Shown here: one piece after another, positions 1 through 12,816 of the stretch
Layout of the letters: each line of letters opens with the position of its first letter
Numbering within the stretch: position 1 is the first letter of the stretch
Origin: Lingula anatina
Lineage: Eukaryota; Animalia; Brachiopoda
Direction of reading: 5' to 3'
Length of the DNA: 64,000 nt
Assembly (NCBI GenBank): GCA_051362555.1
Contig: JBPQGU010000016.1
Location: 806,001-870,000 of the forward strand
Program-made: the position numbers and the translations under genes
The notes under the pieces: model-generated
What the model was told of the DNA's origin: nothing
The model's input: only the letters and a program-made list of their open reading frames with translations
Databases searched by the model: none

Positions 1-1148
1 GAAAGCTAAAACTAGATGGCTGGACAAAGAAAACAGTCAACCTTCTGTGTATTTCGACACATAATAATTCTTCATAACTCAGCGGAACTGATGTTGCAAG
101 AATGTGTTTATTATAGATATAGAAGGCGGAACAAAAATAATACAATTATATATAATACCTGACAGACAGAAAACCGACACCAACTGTTTACGGGCATTTT
201 GTCATATTATGATTTTAGAACTCGTGCATGGTGGAACTGATAACTTTTAGAGACGGCTCGCATATATCTGTAAATCGGTGTCACGAGGAATTATTGCAAT
301 TTGGGGTGATTTTTGCACAAAGCTTGCTGTAATACAGGACGGGATTAAAATAATAAAATTTGATAAATTAATTTAATTTGTTTTAATATTTTAAAAAATA
401 GAATCCAATTAAAACCAATTTAAATAAAAGACACTTTAAATTTAAATAAAAGACACTAACACGGGTATTTTTAAATGTAATAATTACTTAAAACCCCTGC
501 ACTCGATATCCTTAAAAAATAGGCCCGCATATTGTTCAATGTCACGAGAGATTGTAGCAATTTAGGGTGATTTTCTCCACAGGGCTCACAATTATCGTGT
601 GTTTTCTTTAGTAACTAACAAACACGACTTCAGTGTCAGTGTCGTAAATGAGTCAGGTGTTCAACATAAACCAGTAATGGATACAGTTATGATCGTAACT
701 ACATCTACTGTGGAAATGCGGTAGAGTATGACATAATTGTATTTGATTCACCAATTAGGAATGAGCCAACCGATAAGATATACATCTGTGCTTTGTTTTC
801 TTTTTTTTTTTCTTTCTTTCTTTTTTTTAAGGGTTCAGACTGACGTCTGACTAAACATGAGGACATTCAGTGTAATTCACTCAGCACCTGACAAGGTAGA
901 ATTTTTTTTTCATTCAAGCTGACCTCTGACTACAGTTAAGGTCGATATGCACCGCACGAACGCATGGTATCTGGTGATTGAACGAAGAACAGCACCAGAT
1001 TATAGACAGTGGTAGGTTTAGTACACCTTCTCCAAGCTGTGTCTGTAGTAGCGTTCTCCTGAGGACGGGGGAAGGAGACTCCCCCCCTCCCCACCCCTTT
1101 ACCCACCATCCCTCTCCCATCCACATCCCCAACTTTCTCCAAAACAAG

Positions 1149-1153
<5 letters not shown>

Positions 1154-1213
<60 letters not shown>

Positions 1214-1242
1214 AAGAAAGAAAGAAAGAAAGAAAGAAAGAA
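1154..1242. repeat. (GA)n followed by (GAAA)n microsatellite
   Basis: Direct reading. Confidence 0.95.
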
Positions 1243-1535
1243 CAGATAAAAATATGAAAAAGATATCCCTTATTTGAGTACTACTGTATAAATGATTGCC
1301 GTGTTTTCATTAGCTAGGAGTCAAAACATCTATTTTATGCGAAGCACCCTGAGTTTCTGATGAGAGTATTCACCACGTCCATCGTCATCCACATGCCCCT
1401 TCACTGAGTCAGCTCCCAGTAACCTGTGATACTCAGGTTTATGTGGAGAGACACGGTGTTTTCAGTCATAGAACCCTGAGATTCAAAGATGACTGGGAAC
1501 TCACCGCTTCTCCCTGAGTCAAGCTAACCACGACA

Positions 1536-1636
1536 ATCACAGAACGTTATTATAACGTTACCATAACGTTTATATAACCAATAAAAACGTCATGGTAACG
1601 TTATGACAACGTTATAAAACGTTCTGTGTTTGCTGG
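1536..1636. mobile_element. Short foldback MITE remnant with aacgtt subrepeats
   Basis: cacagaacgttattataacgtt ... aacgttataaaacgttctgtg. Confidence 0.55.
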
Positions 1637-2770
1637 AATTATAGATGTGACATTTTGGTTACCCCTGAGAGTCAAGGTGCTGGGAATGAAAGAGGCGTGT
1701 TGAGGAGAGATTTTATTAATCTGTGAATCTCGGGGTGATTTTGTAAGGGTCGTCACACCAACAGGGAAGTTGAAACAGCTTCATGTCTGTCACTCATGTT
1801 TAATTCTCTCTCCTTCTCTCTCTCTCTCTCTCTTTCTCTTGAGGGGTGGGGTGGGGTGAGGGGAGGGGGGGTATTCAGGAAACCGCAACTTATAAAGCAT
1901 ATGATATCAAATCTATTAAAACTTCAAAGGGGGTTATTAGTATACAAGGCACGAATCTTGTTAACGTGTAACAGCTCGCCTTGAATATTTTCACTTTGTA
2001 CTGTGCTCTAGCTCTCTTGTTTACTTTGAAATCTTATTTACGTTTATCATTCTACAAGCTGTATCCTTTGTCTTAATAATCCTAATTAACGGCTCACATT
2101 GAAATCCATGACCAGACTTTGATTTGCTCGTTGCCATGCCAACGCCACCTTTGATTAACCCGTTAGCTCGCACAAATCCCATTTTGTAATCCGCTTTGCT
2201 GTGTACAAAACAAACGCTTGGTATTTACCTGACCCGTTGCCACGGTAACCGCCGTCTAGATCGGTTTTGCCAGCACTCGGCTGCTGCATGAACACGGTAT
2301 AGCATGTGCTGGGTCTCAGACTGCATAGAAAATAATAACAGAAAAAAAAACTCTATTCTAAAGTGAAACTGTCCATTGTTGAAATATCATGTTATTTCCT
2401 GAATAAATTACGCCTTTCTTCCCCAGTGTAGTCAAGCGTTGACTGAATTTTGAAAAAATATATGAAATCATATCTGGTGCTATAATTAGATGATTTACAA
2501 AGTAACAGGAAGGTAGGACACCAAGTCCTGCTTGTGAGAGGGCTGCTCCCCCTCCCCATCAAAAAAAAGAGGGGGGGTCGCCATTTTCTGAATCCACCAA
2601 TACTTATGTTTCTATTATATTGACCTCAAAGACCACAGAGACGTGCATAATCTCTCTGTTTGGGAGGATGTTTAGGACTAATCCGAAGTATTTTATCCTC
2701 AGGAATTTGAGCGTGCATGTCTTTTTCGCACTGTACTATCTATTTCATAACGCTATCGTGCACTACTGCA

Positions 2771-2865
2771 GTTACGTTACGTAATGTTATGTTACGCTAT
2801 GTTACGCTATATTATGTTACGTTACGTTACGTTATGTCATATTATGTTATGTTATGTTATGTTAT
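2771..2865. repeat. Degenerate (GTTAY)n pentamer repeat
   Basis: Direct reading. Confidence 0.85.
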
Positions 2866-3080
2866 ATAAGTCAAGAAACGCTATGTATTGCTATATGATG
2901 TATCAGGTAACGTGCATTGATATTCTACACGTTGCTCTTTGTCGTCGCGTTATTGCAGCTTTAATCAGATTGTTAAAACACATCCTGGTAACCACATGTT
3001 CTTCCTTGAATAATCTTATACATGTTTGTGTTGCATGTTTTATGGCTAAGTTCATTTACAGCTGTCAATAATGATTAACA

Positions 3081-3083
<3 letters not shown>

Positions 3084-3159
<76 letters not shown>

Positions 3160-3162
3160 GAG
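3084..3162. repeat. (GT)n(GA)n compound microsatellite
   Basis: Direct reading. Confidence 0.95.
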
Positions 3163-6100
3163 AATTTAAAAGCAAAGCAAAAAAGGATCCAAAACAAGAT
3201 ATACATTTTAACCAAATCCCTTTAACGTATACCCCCAAATGCTGTTTAATTCACAGCATATTTCCCTCGCCCTGAACTAAACTTATTTCAACGATTTCTA
3301 ACCAGGTATGTTACAACAAATTACCGGTAAGGGCTGTTTTAACCTACCTGTGGCTCTGTCACTTCACACCGACCTCCTGATTAAGTTTCCCTAGCTGTTC
3401 CAGCGTCACAGTGCTTTAACCGGCACGGGAATGCCGTCAAGAAATGTCAACTGCCGCTGACGACCTCGTGTCGAAGGTTATCCTTCTCGTTCTAAAAGAC
3501 GGCCTGATTCTCCCTAAGGAGTAATAAGGAAGAAGGCACAAAACTAGAACGCTGCGTCCCTGACCCTGTCAATTTCTCCAGGCTTAGAATCGCAGAACAT
3601 TTAGCATAATTCAGTCGGGTAAAATAAATTTATCTTTCCTTCAGAAAATGTTTTCCCTCTCTCTGTTTTTGGCGTTACAAAAACGTGCCTTTCACAGCCG
3701 AGTGGACTTTTGTCGCTTGTAAATTCATAACCCTGATAAAATTTATAAATATTGGTAATACTCCTTTTCGCTCCAATGAATAGCGCTTTCAAAGGGACCT
3801 TTTGCTGTTTAGCAGGGCACTTGAATGGCAGGCCCCATTATCATGACTGTGTATTGCCTTTCTAATTCATATTAAATATTAGCTTTGAACTGTGCAAATA
3901 CGAGGACGATTAAACCTGCATTAAGAAGGCAACGCTGCTACGCTCGGCCGGGTTTCTGACACTAAGTAAATGACAATGTAGGGCTATGAGTGACATTATT
4001 TAATAAGGTGTTATAGATGGAGATGTGTGCGTATGGGGGGGGGGGGGGGGGGGGGGGGCAGGAGGGAGAGCGCTTCTTCGCTCTCAAACTTCCACCTTAT
4101 TTCCGATAGGGTTATTTTATTATAAGATAGCGTGATGTCTTTAAGCTAGTGTGTGTGGTTGTGTGGGTGTATGTGTGTATCTGCATGTGTGTCTGTGCGT
4201 GTGCGTGTGCGTGTGCGTGTGCGTGCACGCAAGCGCGTTAAAAAATTACATCTGATACTCTTGTTCACAGAAATAAGGCACGCTTTTTCTTTGTCCTTAT
4301 TTCAAAAACGAAAAAGGTAAAAAAATATCTTTAATAAAGAATCACATAAAAACGCCATTCTAAAAACCAACAACACCATGCTTGTGGTATACCCGACCAG
4401 TCAATTTGTTATAATAAAGGGGCAAAATATTTTCCGATTACGTCAAAATATGCAATTAATATCCGTACGTTCCCTCAGGGCACACCACTTCAAAACTAAC
4501 ATCGGTTGTCATAGCAACGTCCGAAAAACAGGAAAACACACAAATTAGTGCATTGAAAAAGGCTTGCAATGATCCTCGAGTTATGCAACAATGGTTCGGT
4601 TGGGAGTATAAAAAATGATTCGACTTCTGTTGTTTTTTTTATTTTTCTTTAAATTTTTTTAATGTGTGTTTTTGCTTGCCTTGGTTGCGCGGAAAGGTTT
4701 TGTTCACGACGGCAATGAAATCCCCCAGTAGTTATTTCATTTTGCGTCACTGCATCTAACAATGTATTTTAGCCGCTATGGCAGCTTTGAATTTTGTGAA
4801 AGCAATGTTTGCGTACGCAGAGTGTTTCTTCATTGTAGGAAATAAGAAAACTTGACTCTTGACTTTTTTGCACCAATGAGAGAGAGAAAGAGAAAAGAGA
4901 GAGAGAGAGAGAGAGACCGTCGTATAAAATAAAAAAGAGAAAGGAAAGAAAAGAGAAAAGAAAAAGAGAAGAAAGTCTAGAGCGAGAGAGAGAGAGGGGG
5001 GGAGGGATCTGCTGATTTAGAATAAGAACCTATTTTCGGGACAAAATTACAACACTGCATCGACATCTCTTTTGGTTAAGTTGCTGCCAAATTCAAGCGC
5101 TCGTCTCTACGTGTCTCTCAGCAGGTACACAAGTGAAAAAAATCCAATGCGACATTTTTTCCCATCATTTCTTCTTCACAGTGTCCTCCAATCAAAAGGA
5201 CAAACAAGACCTATAATGTAATACCTTAACAAATTTTCGACTACGCTTACACAAGGTTTTTTGTTTGTCTTTGTCAGCCATTGTGCAAATGTTCACGAAA
5301 TACAATTACGACAGAGATTAATGCATTTCAGATAGGTATATTATGCTATCAAGCGGTAGACTATTATCTCAGTTGAAAACATCTGGCTAGTGTTAATATC
5401 CATGCCAAGGACACCATGAAAAGACCCACAGCTTTTAAAGAGGAACAAAATCTTAACGGGACAACTCATCAGATTATTTACCTTTTATTATTATCTTTTT
5501 TTTTCAATGAGTTTCAAACAGGACAGTCACAAAAACCTGCTACTTACAAGGGGGGGGGGGTGATATTTCTTAATATGATATATCCCAGAAAGCATTACAT
5601 TCATATCATGAAGAAAATATGTGGAGGCTTGTGTAAAATAACCAAACAAAACGTACGCTGGTGGTTAAAATAATGTGGGTTAGCAAAAATAAGTATGTGA
5701 ATATGCATAGCAGGCGCAAAAAAAATGTAAAGTAAATATTTTGCCCTAATGTCAACTTCAGTAAACTTCAGTATACTAATATGAATATCCAGAAACTGGG
5801 GTAATATGAAAACCGCGCCCACCTGCGGGTAATTCTTGTATTCAGAGTAATGCCAAACCATGTTTTCGATACCTATGCTCTTGAAGCTCTGGAAAATAGA
5901 AACCGGGGAACGAAAAAAGCTGAACTCTTCAGTTTTTCCAATCCGCGTATGTCTGAACCGTGGACATAATATTACGTTACATGACACACACAAATGCCAT
6001 ATAAGCATACCAGATCTTTTTTACCGCTGTTATTCCGATATTATTCCGCTCAACTAAGGCGGAAACGCCCCTTTCATTGATCGCGCCACTATATACAACA

Positions 6101-6662
6101 GTGTTTTGGTTTTATTTACCGCGTCGAGAGGGCGACTTTTTAAAGTAAATCTAGCGTTCGTAATATGCGTTTAATATCCCCCCGAGGGTAAGGTTTGGTG
6201 ACTTACCGGCCGAGGCTCATAAAAGACTGGTTGTTAAATGGAACGCATCTCATTTACAAGTGGTTCTTACTTATGGAATGTAACGGGCCAGGTGGCATGT
6301 AAAATAGATGTGATATGTGATAACGACATGCATAAAAAAGAACATTTTCTTGTGGTCGGGAACAAAGAAAGAAAGAACAAAAGAAAGAAAGAAAGACGAC
6401 TGATAGAACAGAAAAATATCAGCTACAACATTTGTGATATGTAACTTACAAGACCAGAGGCTCGCGTATTAATTACAGAAAATTAATAGAAAGCTCTAAT
6501 GCCATGTGCACACTATTTCTTCCTTTTAAAAACAGTGTATATTCTAAAATTGATGTGTTTAAGTAAATTCATTTATAGAAGTTAATAATTTGATACGCAA
6601 CAAGAAATACTGTATTTTAACCGGTTGAGTATGCGCGAAGATAAAACCATATCATTTTAATT

Positions 6663-6960
6663 ACTAGAAAAGCACTCCGAGAGCGCAGACCTCCGCCAAG
6701 GCAGCAAAGTCTCCACTCCTAAATTTTCATTCTATAATGATTTAGTTTTTTTTATTTTTGATTATTGATTGATTATTGATCCGGATCACCACCAAAAACT
6801 AATCATCTGTTCCTTGGCCCACTTCTGACAGTTCCTGAAAATTTCATCAAAATCGGTCCATAACTTTTCTGTAACGTTGCTAACAGACAAACAGATAGAC
6901 GGACAGATAGACAGACAGACAAACTAACGGAACCAAAAAAATAACCTCCTTGGCAGACGT
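6663..6960 (+). mobile_element. Short interspersed non-autonomous element (Helentron/HINE-like); second copy inverted at 33113-33297
   Basis: actagaaaagcactccgagagcgcagacctccgccaagg ... (acag)n ... ataacctccttggcaga: subterminal inverted repeats plus microsatellite; two dispersed copies in the window. Confidence 0.7.
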
Positions 6961-8287
6961 ATCTATAGATGAAACTTCTTCACGTAAAAAATACAGACGG
7001 GGTTCTACTGAGGGGATATCTGCATACTGTAATAGATCTAATCCAACTTGTCATACAATATCAAAGAATTTGTAGACATAGGATTAAAAGTGACCTTGGA
7101 AATAGCGACATCAAATAAGATAAATGCCCCGGATAGATACACGTCAAATAGACACCTTGACACTCGATTATAACGTTACCAAAATACATACAGACACTAT
7201 TTATAGTCCAAAAATACCGAAACAGGTGTCACTGGTAAGGTACACACCCTTGGGGTGAGACACACCCTTGGTTTTGAAAACTGGCACCAGTTAATAATTG
7301 TACAGTGAACAAGAATAATATAGATGTAATCTATGGGACGTGTTGATTTTTTTAATTAAAGCAAAAAAAAAAAAAAAAATAGATCTGATGATAATCTTAG
7401 GGTAGTTTTGCTGCTGTCAATCAGTCAAGGTTAGTTTGGTGAGGGTAGAGGGATGGGTCAAGGGATGGGATGGGTCAAGGGAACCGCCCTTTCTCTATTT
7501 CATTATGATTGTGCGGGCAAGTCCGTGTTTTTGAAGTGTAGTTCAGGCTCAACCTGATATTTAAAACGGGGCACTTTTTTTAAGCACATAAAAAGAAATA
7601 TTATTCTTATGAAAAAAGCTAAACAAATATCGAAGACTGCGGCCCAGAAATGTGCAAATATTAATGTCAATGTCTGCATTTTGAAATGGTCTCTTGAAAA
7701 ATTCGTTTTGTTTGGAACCTGGTTGAAAATTTGACAAAATAAACGATGAGCCGTTATCATATCTCTGCTGTATCTATATTAGGAATTTGTCCGAAACGAG
7801 GTGAGCTCCTACAGATGATAAATGTTATCTCCTAATATCTTTGCTTAACATCGAAAAGAAGATGAGCAATTAGAAACAACGATATTGGCCACTAAGGAAC
7901 CATATTGAGGAGTGATTTTTGGCGTCCCCGCCTGAACACTTAAAGAGGACGAGCAATTGACAACCGTGAGATGCTTAATAAAAGCTAACCAATGATAGAG
8001 CTCCCAGATTGGTACCCTGCGTTTCGAAGAGTTACAGGGAACACTACAAGATGCTGATAGTGGAGGTTATCTACTAGTTATCTCCTCAACGCAGGGTGGA
8101 GTCAGCGTTACGGGCAGAGTGCACGTGATAGATCTAGGAAGAGTTAGACTCATTTTCTGCCTCTCTGTCTTCTTACTGCCTGTCTCTCATAATGACCGTT
8201 GTTCATTAAATTAATTAGAAAATACATTACCTTGGTAATAAGAATAAGTAAATAAATAAATAAATAAATAAACAGATAGATACATTG

Positions 8288-8387
8288 ATATAATATAATA
8301 TAATATAATATAATATAATATAATATAATATAATATAATATAATATAATATAATATAATATAATATAATATAATATAATATAATATA
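8288..8387. repeat. (TAATA)n pentamer microsatellite
   Basis: Direct reading. Confidence 0.95.
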
Positions 8388-10246
8388 GACATATGCAAAG
8401 TAATGGAGAACGGGCTACGGTTCTAGTGGACTACCATTCTTGTCACACGGGCTGTAGGCCTATCTTTAGGCATATAATACCTGAGTCAAGGTGCACCGTA
8501 GCCTACTTGTAGGTTATCATCAGTTATAGGCCTACGTTATATTAAATGACATTATATCAGCTTTTGCGGTGATCGTTGATTCATGAGACTGCATTAAAGT
8601 GATTACTTTTCTCGTCCGGTAGTGATTCTGGTGAAAAACACCAAAGATCCATAGTATCTTTTTTTTCCTCATTTAAAAACAAGTATTTGGGATGTTGATT
8701 ATTATTGTTGTGCAGTGATTGTAGTCTCAACATCAAACACAATCAGTCCTGTCTTCTCTGCCACATTTACTGCTCTTGACGTCCACAAAACACTTTCAAT
8801 GTCCAGTCTGTACAACTAATAATGAACATATGGTTTTACAAATGAATAAACAGATGGTTCTATCAATTTAGTGATTAATATATAAAATGAATAATTTTAT
8901 TATCAACATTTATACACATGGGGGGGGGGGGGGGGGGGCGGGGCTAACGGGACAGATTTTTATACATGTACCAGTAAGTGGTGTTTTACTAGCCGTTCAA
9001 TCTTTAGAATGTATACACCAAAAAAGTATTGACAAGAGTCGAAGCAATTGATCGAAAGTGCAGTTTTAAATGTCATTTTATCTCAGCTAACCGTAATTAT
9101 TATTTGATATTAAACAGAAACGTTTGAAAGTAGGCTACACATTTTTAAACTTGACCGAAATTTTTCTCTTTTTTAACGTATATTGAAATGATTGTTTTAG
9201 ATAGCTGCCAAATTAATTTCTTAAAGAATCGACTCGCCAATCACACTGAAAAAAGAAACACCAGAAATAAAAGACTCATCGGGAGAGCTAGCTTCGAATT
9301 AAGCTTATCTTGGGATAACATTTTCAGCAGCATCAGGGGAAATTTATTTCTGTAGGATTAGCCATTTTATTACTTGAGCATGTTGATTGGTGTTGATCTT
9401 GTTACTAAAGAGATGAGGCATTTGCAAAGAAAAAGAATCAGTACAGTGCTAAATTTTCATTGGATTTTATACTTTTTTCTGTGCGAACGCAATGTGGCTT
9501 TGTAAGTTTGTGAATATTTAAGCTACGAGCTGCTCCCTTATCTATCCCGTCACGTGACTTGAGGGGTAATAGAGTTGAAAGAATACCATCTTGTGTTAGT
9601 CCTTGTTAAATGTTGGGGATCGTTTAAGGAAAGATGTAGATCTGATGTGTAAACGAAATACAAACAATTAATATTCATGGGTGCTTCGAAGACTTGACGT
9701 ACAGGGCAGAGTTGATAGAGACGCTGGAAAGGAGGTATGGCAAGTTTGAGCTTCTGTCTTAAATTCTTTATGGAGTTCGTTTGTGCAGCCTTTAGTTTTA
9801 CTTACTCGGCTTTCTTCAGCTAGTTCGGTGTTTCACGAAGAAGTTTAGTGAAATGTTGTCCAAAATGTCAATTTGTTATCACTTATTTTTCTAAACCTGG
9901 CGTTGATATGCTGTAGAAGTATTGTTTAAGACAGAAGTGTCTTTGAGATAACCTACTATATAGTACACTTCTTCACTTTGACTTTCTGTATAAATCGGCC
10001 TTTATGAAGGCAGGGTATTTGCGTTTTCTGTTTTCACACTTGTTTTCACCTTCTTTTCACTGTTTTAGTTATTTTAGAATGGGTGTTTTACATTTACTGC
10101 AAGTGCGATATATCTGAGGTACACGATTGCATCAAGTCACATTAACGTGCTGTAAAATAAGCAAACCATGTTTATAACAGTGACCTCAGACATTTTACTT
10201 TCTGTTTCCCCAGGGTGTGTGAGGTGGTGTAGAGGAGGGTCACACT

Positions 10247-10807
10247 ATGGCATCCTCCACTCCTGCTCTGACTCTCATCATTTTCCTTATCTGCCTTGGG
10301 ATCACCTTTGGTCAAAATGCCACAAATACTTCAACAACTTCAGCTGTCGACAACATTTCTACCACAGTGCCTGCACAGACAGCTTCAAGCACTGTCACAA
10401 CAACACCTTCTTCCGTTGATATCACTACCTCCGCTGCCACCGTTGCCTTGACAGGCTGCCAGATGGCAGCATCGTGCGAGCCTCTGGAGACTTCGACTTG
10501 TCTTGGCACCCCACTCCCCTATGCACAGACCTCCTTGGCGCTAGTCAACGACTCCTCCAACCAGACAGAGGCTCAGATGAGACTGAAGTTGTGGAGTGGC
10601 CTGCAAAGTGTGCCGCAGTGCTGGGCTGTCGTACAGCCGCTGCTGTGCGCGGTGTACATGCCGCCGTGTAATGGCAGCGTCATCGAGCTTCCTTCCAAGG
10701 ACATGTGTGAGAAGACGAGAGGGCCCTGCAGGATTGTGGAGACTGTGCAAGGGTGGCCAGAGTTTCTGAAGTGTGAGGGGGCACATTTTCAATCTCAGTG
10801 TAATTCT
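10247..10807 (+). CDS. smo: Smoothened coding exon 1 (signal peptide, S/T-rich linker, CRD)
   Basis: Acceptor tttccccag ends at 10213, ATG at 10247, donor TCT|gtaagt. Confidence 0.93.
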
Positions 10808-12780
10808 GTAAGTTCAGTTTTGTTTTTATTAGTTGAAAGGTGATTTTGGAAAAAAAGAAAGTTTTAGTTTCACTTTTATTTTTGATCTGAAGTTTAAATT
10901 TGGTTTTTAATTAGCTCAAGATGGTTTTTAATTAGCTCAAGATGATTTTGAAAGAAGTGGATATACTTTCAATTTCATTGAAATTCAGTAAGCTCCTTTA
11001 TTTTTTCTTTAAATTAATCAAATTTATGCCCAAACCAGATAACTTTGCTCAAGCCTTTTACTAGTACATACCAGATTAAAGTTAAGTCTAACTTAAGATT
11101 ATTCAGATTTGAAGGCCAGTAGTGAAACACAAGGTATTGGTGTAAGAATTTTTGTAAAGAGAAACAGCTTTTAGTTTACATGTACTACAAACTTTTAAAC
11201 ATTTTTGTATTGAACATAAATTGATCTGGGTAGCTAAGGAGGAGATTCTCCCCTCAGCTGTGTTTATATACAAACAGTAATAGCAAATGACCTATAGACA
11301 CTACAATAACTTACTGGTAGGAGAACAGTTCACACTAGGCAATTTAAGATTGGTTTTGAACTGGCCAATTTCATAAAGGCTAAATCTGTGTTTTGACATT
11401 ATGAACCCTGTACAGACATCGGCAGAAGTGGCTTCCTAAATGCCATATTGAGTATTAATGTGAATTATAATCAACAGTATGGAGGCAGAGGCCACAATGA
11501 TGAGGGGTTCATGATCTGTGCCCAAAGATGTATACTAGTACTAGAAGTCCTGAATGTCCGGACTGAACAGACTAACTTGTATTTCAGAGTAATTTATGCT
11601 CTGTCAATTAAATCAGAATGAAATTAAAATGTTGAAATAATTAATGAATTATTTTGAAAATGTACATATTAATTTCCACATACATCGTCATTTTGTCCCT
11701 TTTAATCAATGGTGAGAATGTTAAACATAATGTTTGCTAGCATGATTCAAGTCATGTGAGCGAGATCCAAAAAGTAACAAATGACCCATATTGCCCAGCA
11801 CAATAAGGCGCACAAACAAAGAAAAGAAACTACCTTCCTAACATACACATAGCTCTGTAGGGATCCATGGGCTGAGCCCCTCAATGTCAAACACTGGGGT
11901 TTTGTGTGCATTTTCCACCTCAACGCTCAAGAAAGGCTATGGAAATAAAAGCCTTGTGTTGAATGAATCACTCACTATAGGGAGCTTGAATGAATCTCTT
12001 CTGCTCTTATATTTGATAATGTAGGTTTATATGTTGAAATGTTTGGCAGGAATTTGTGTACATACGTTAGGTCACTTTTTGATTTAGTATTAAAATAAAA
12101 TTGGTATTATTAATTGTTTGTGCTGTGTTATTAGTGGTGAGTTAATCATAAAGGTTGAAAGGTATTGAGTAATATATATTGCCTTGGGCATGAGCTGTGT
12201 TAAACTCTCTGTAAGATGTATGGAAGAAAATTTTAATGACTCTGCAGGGAATCATAAAGATCTACTGATTTGCATGTGATTCATGAGCATTCGTTTATAT
12301 TCTACCCAGATTGGAAGTAGAACAAAAGTCAAAGTACAGACTAATGTTTTGTTAAAAATTCTGTTTTTCAGATTTCATGCATATTTGGTAGTCACATTTA
12401 TAAAAAGAAAGAGAACTAATAATGAAGATTTTTATAGGAAAATTTTTTCACAAAATTTTTCCTTGCTTTGGTGTGATGACAGCAAAATTTATTACCTCAA
12501 ATATTGCTAATAATTATAAAAAAATTCCCAACAAATTGATCAGTTTTGTCAATATTTTTCTTTTTCAGAACCCTGTCTCAAACCTCAATTTCAACACCAG
12601 CTCCACGTGCCAGGCGCCCCTGGTTGCCACGTCTAACAAAGACAGCTGGTACGAGGGGGTGGATGGGTGTGGCCTACAGTGCCAGAACCCTCTGTTTACT
12701 GACGACGAACACAGGCAGGTCCATATCTTCATAGGTGTGGTGGGATCTCTGTGTCTGGTGCTGACACTCTTTGCTTTGGT

Positions 12781-12816
<36 letters not shown>

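Noticed and set aside
914-8398. Short ORFs upstream of Smo
   Set aside because: Microsatellite or low-complexity translations with no recognisable domain.
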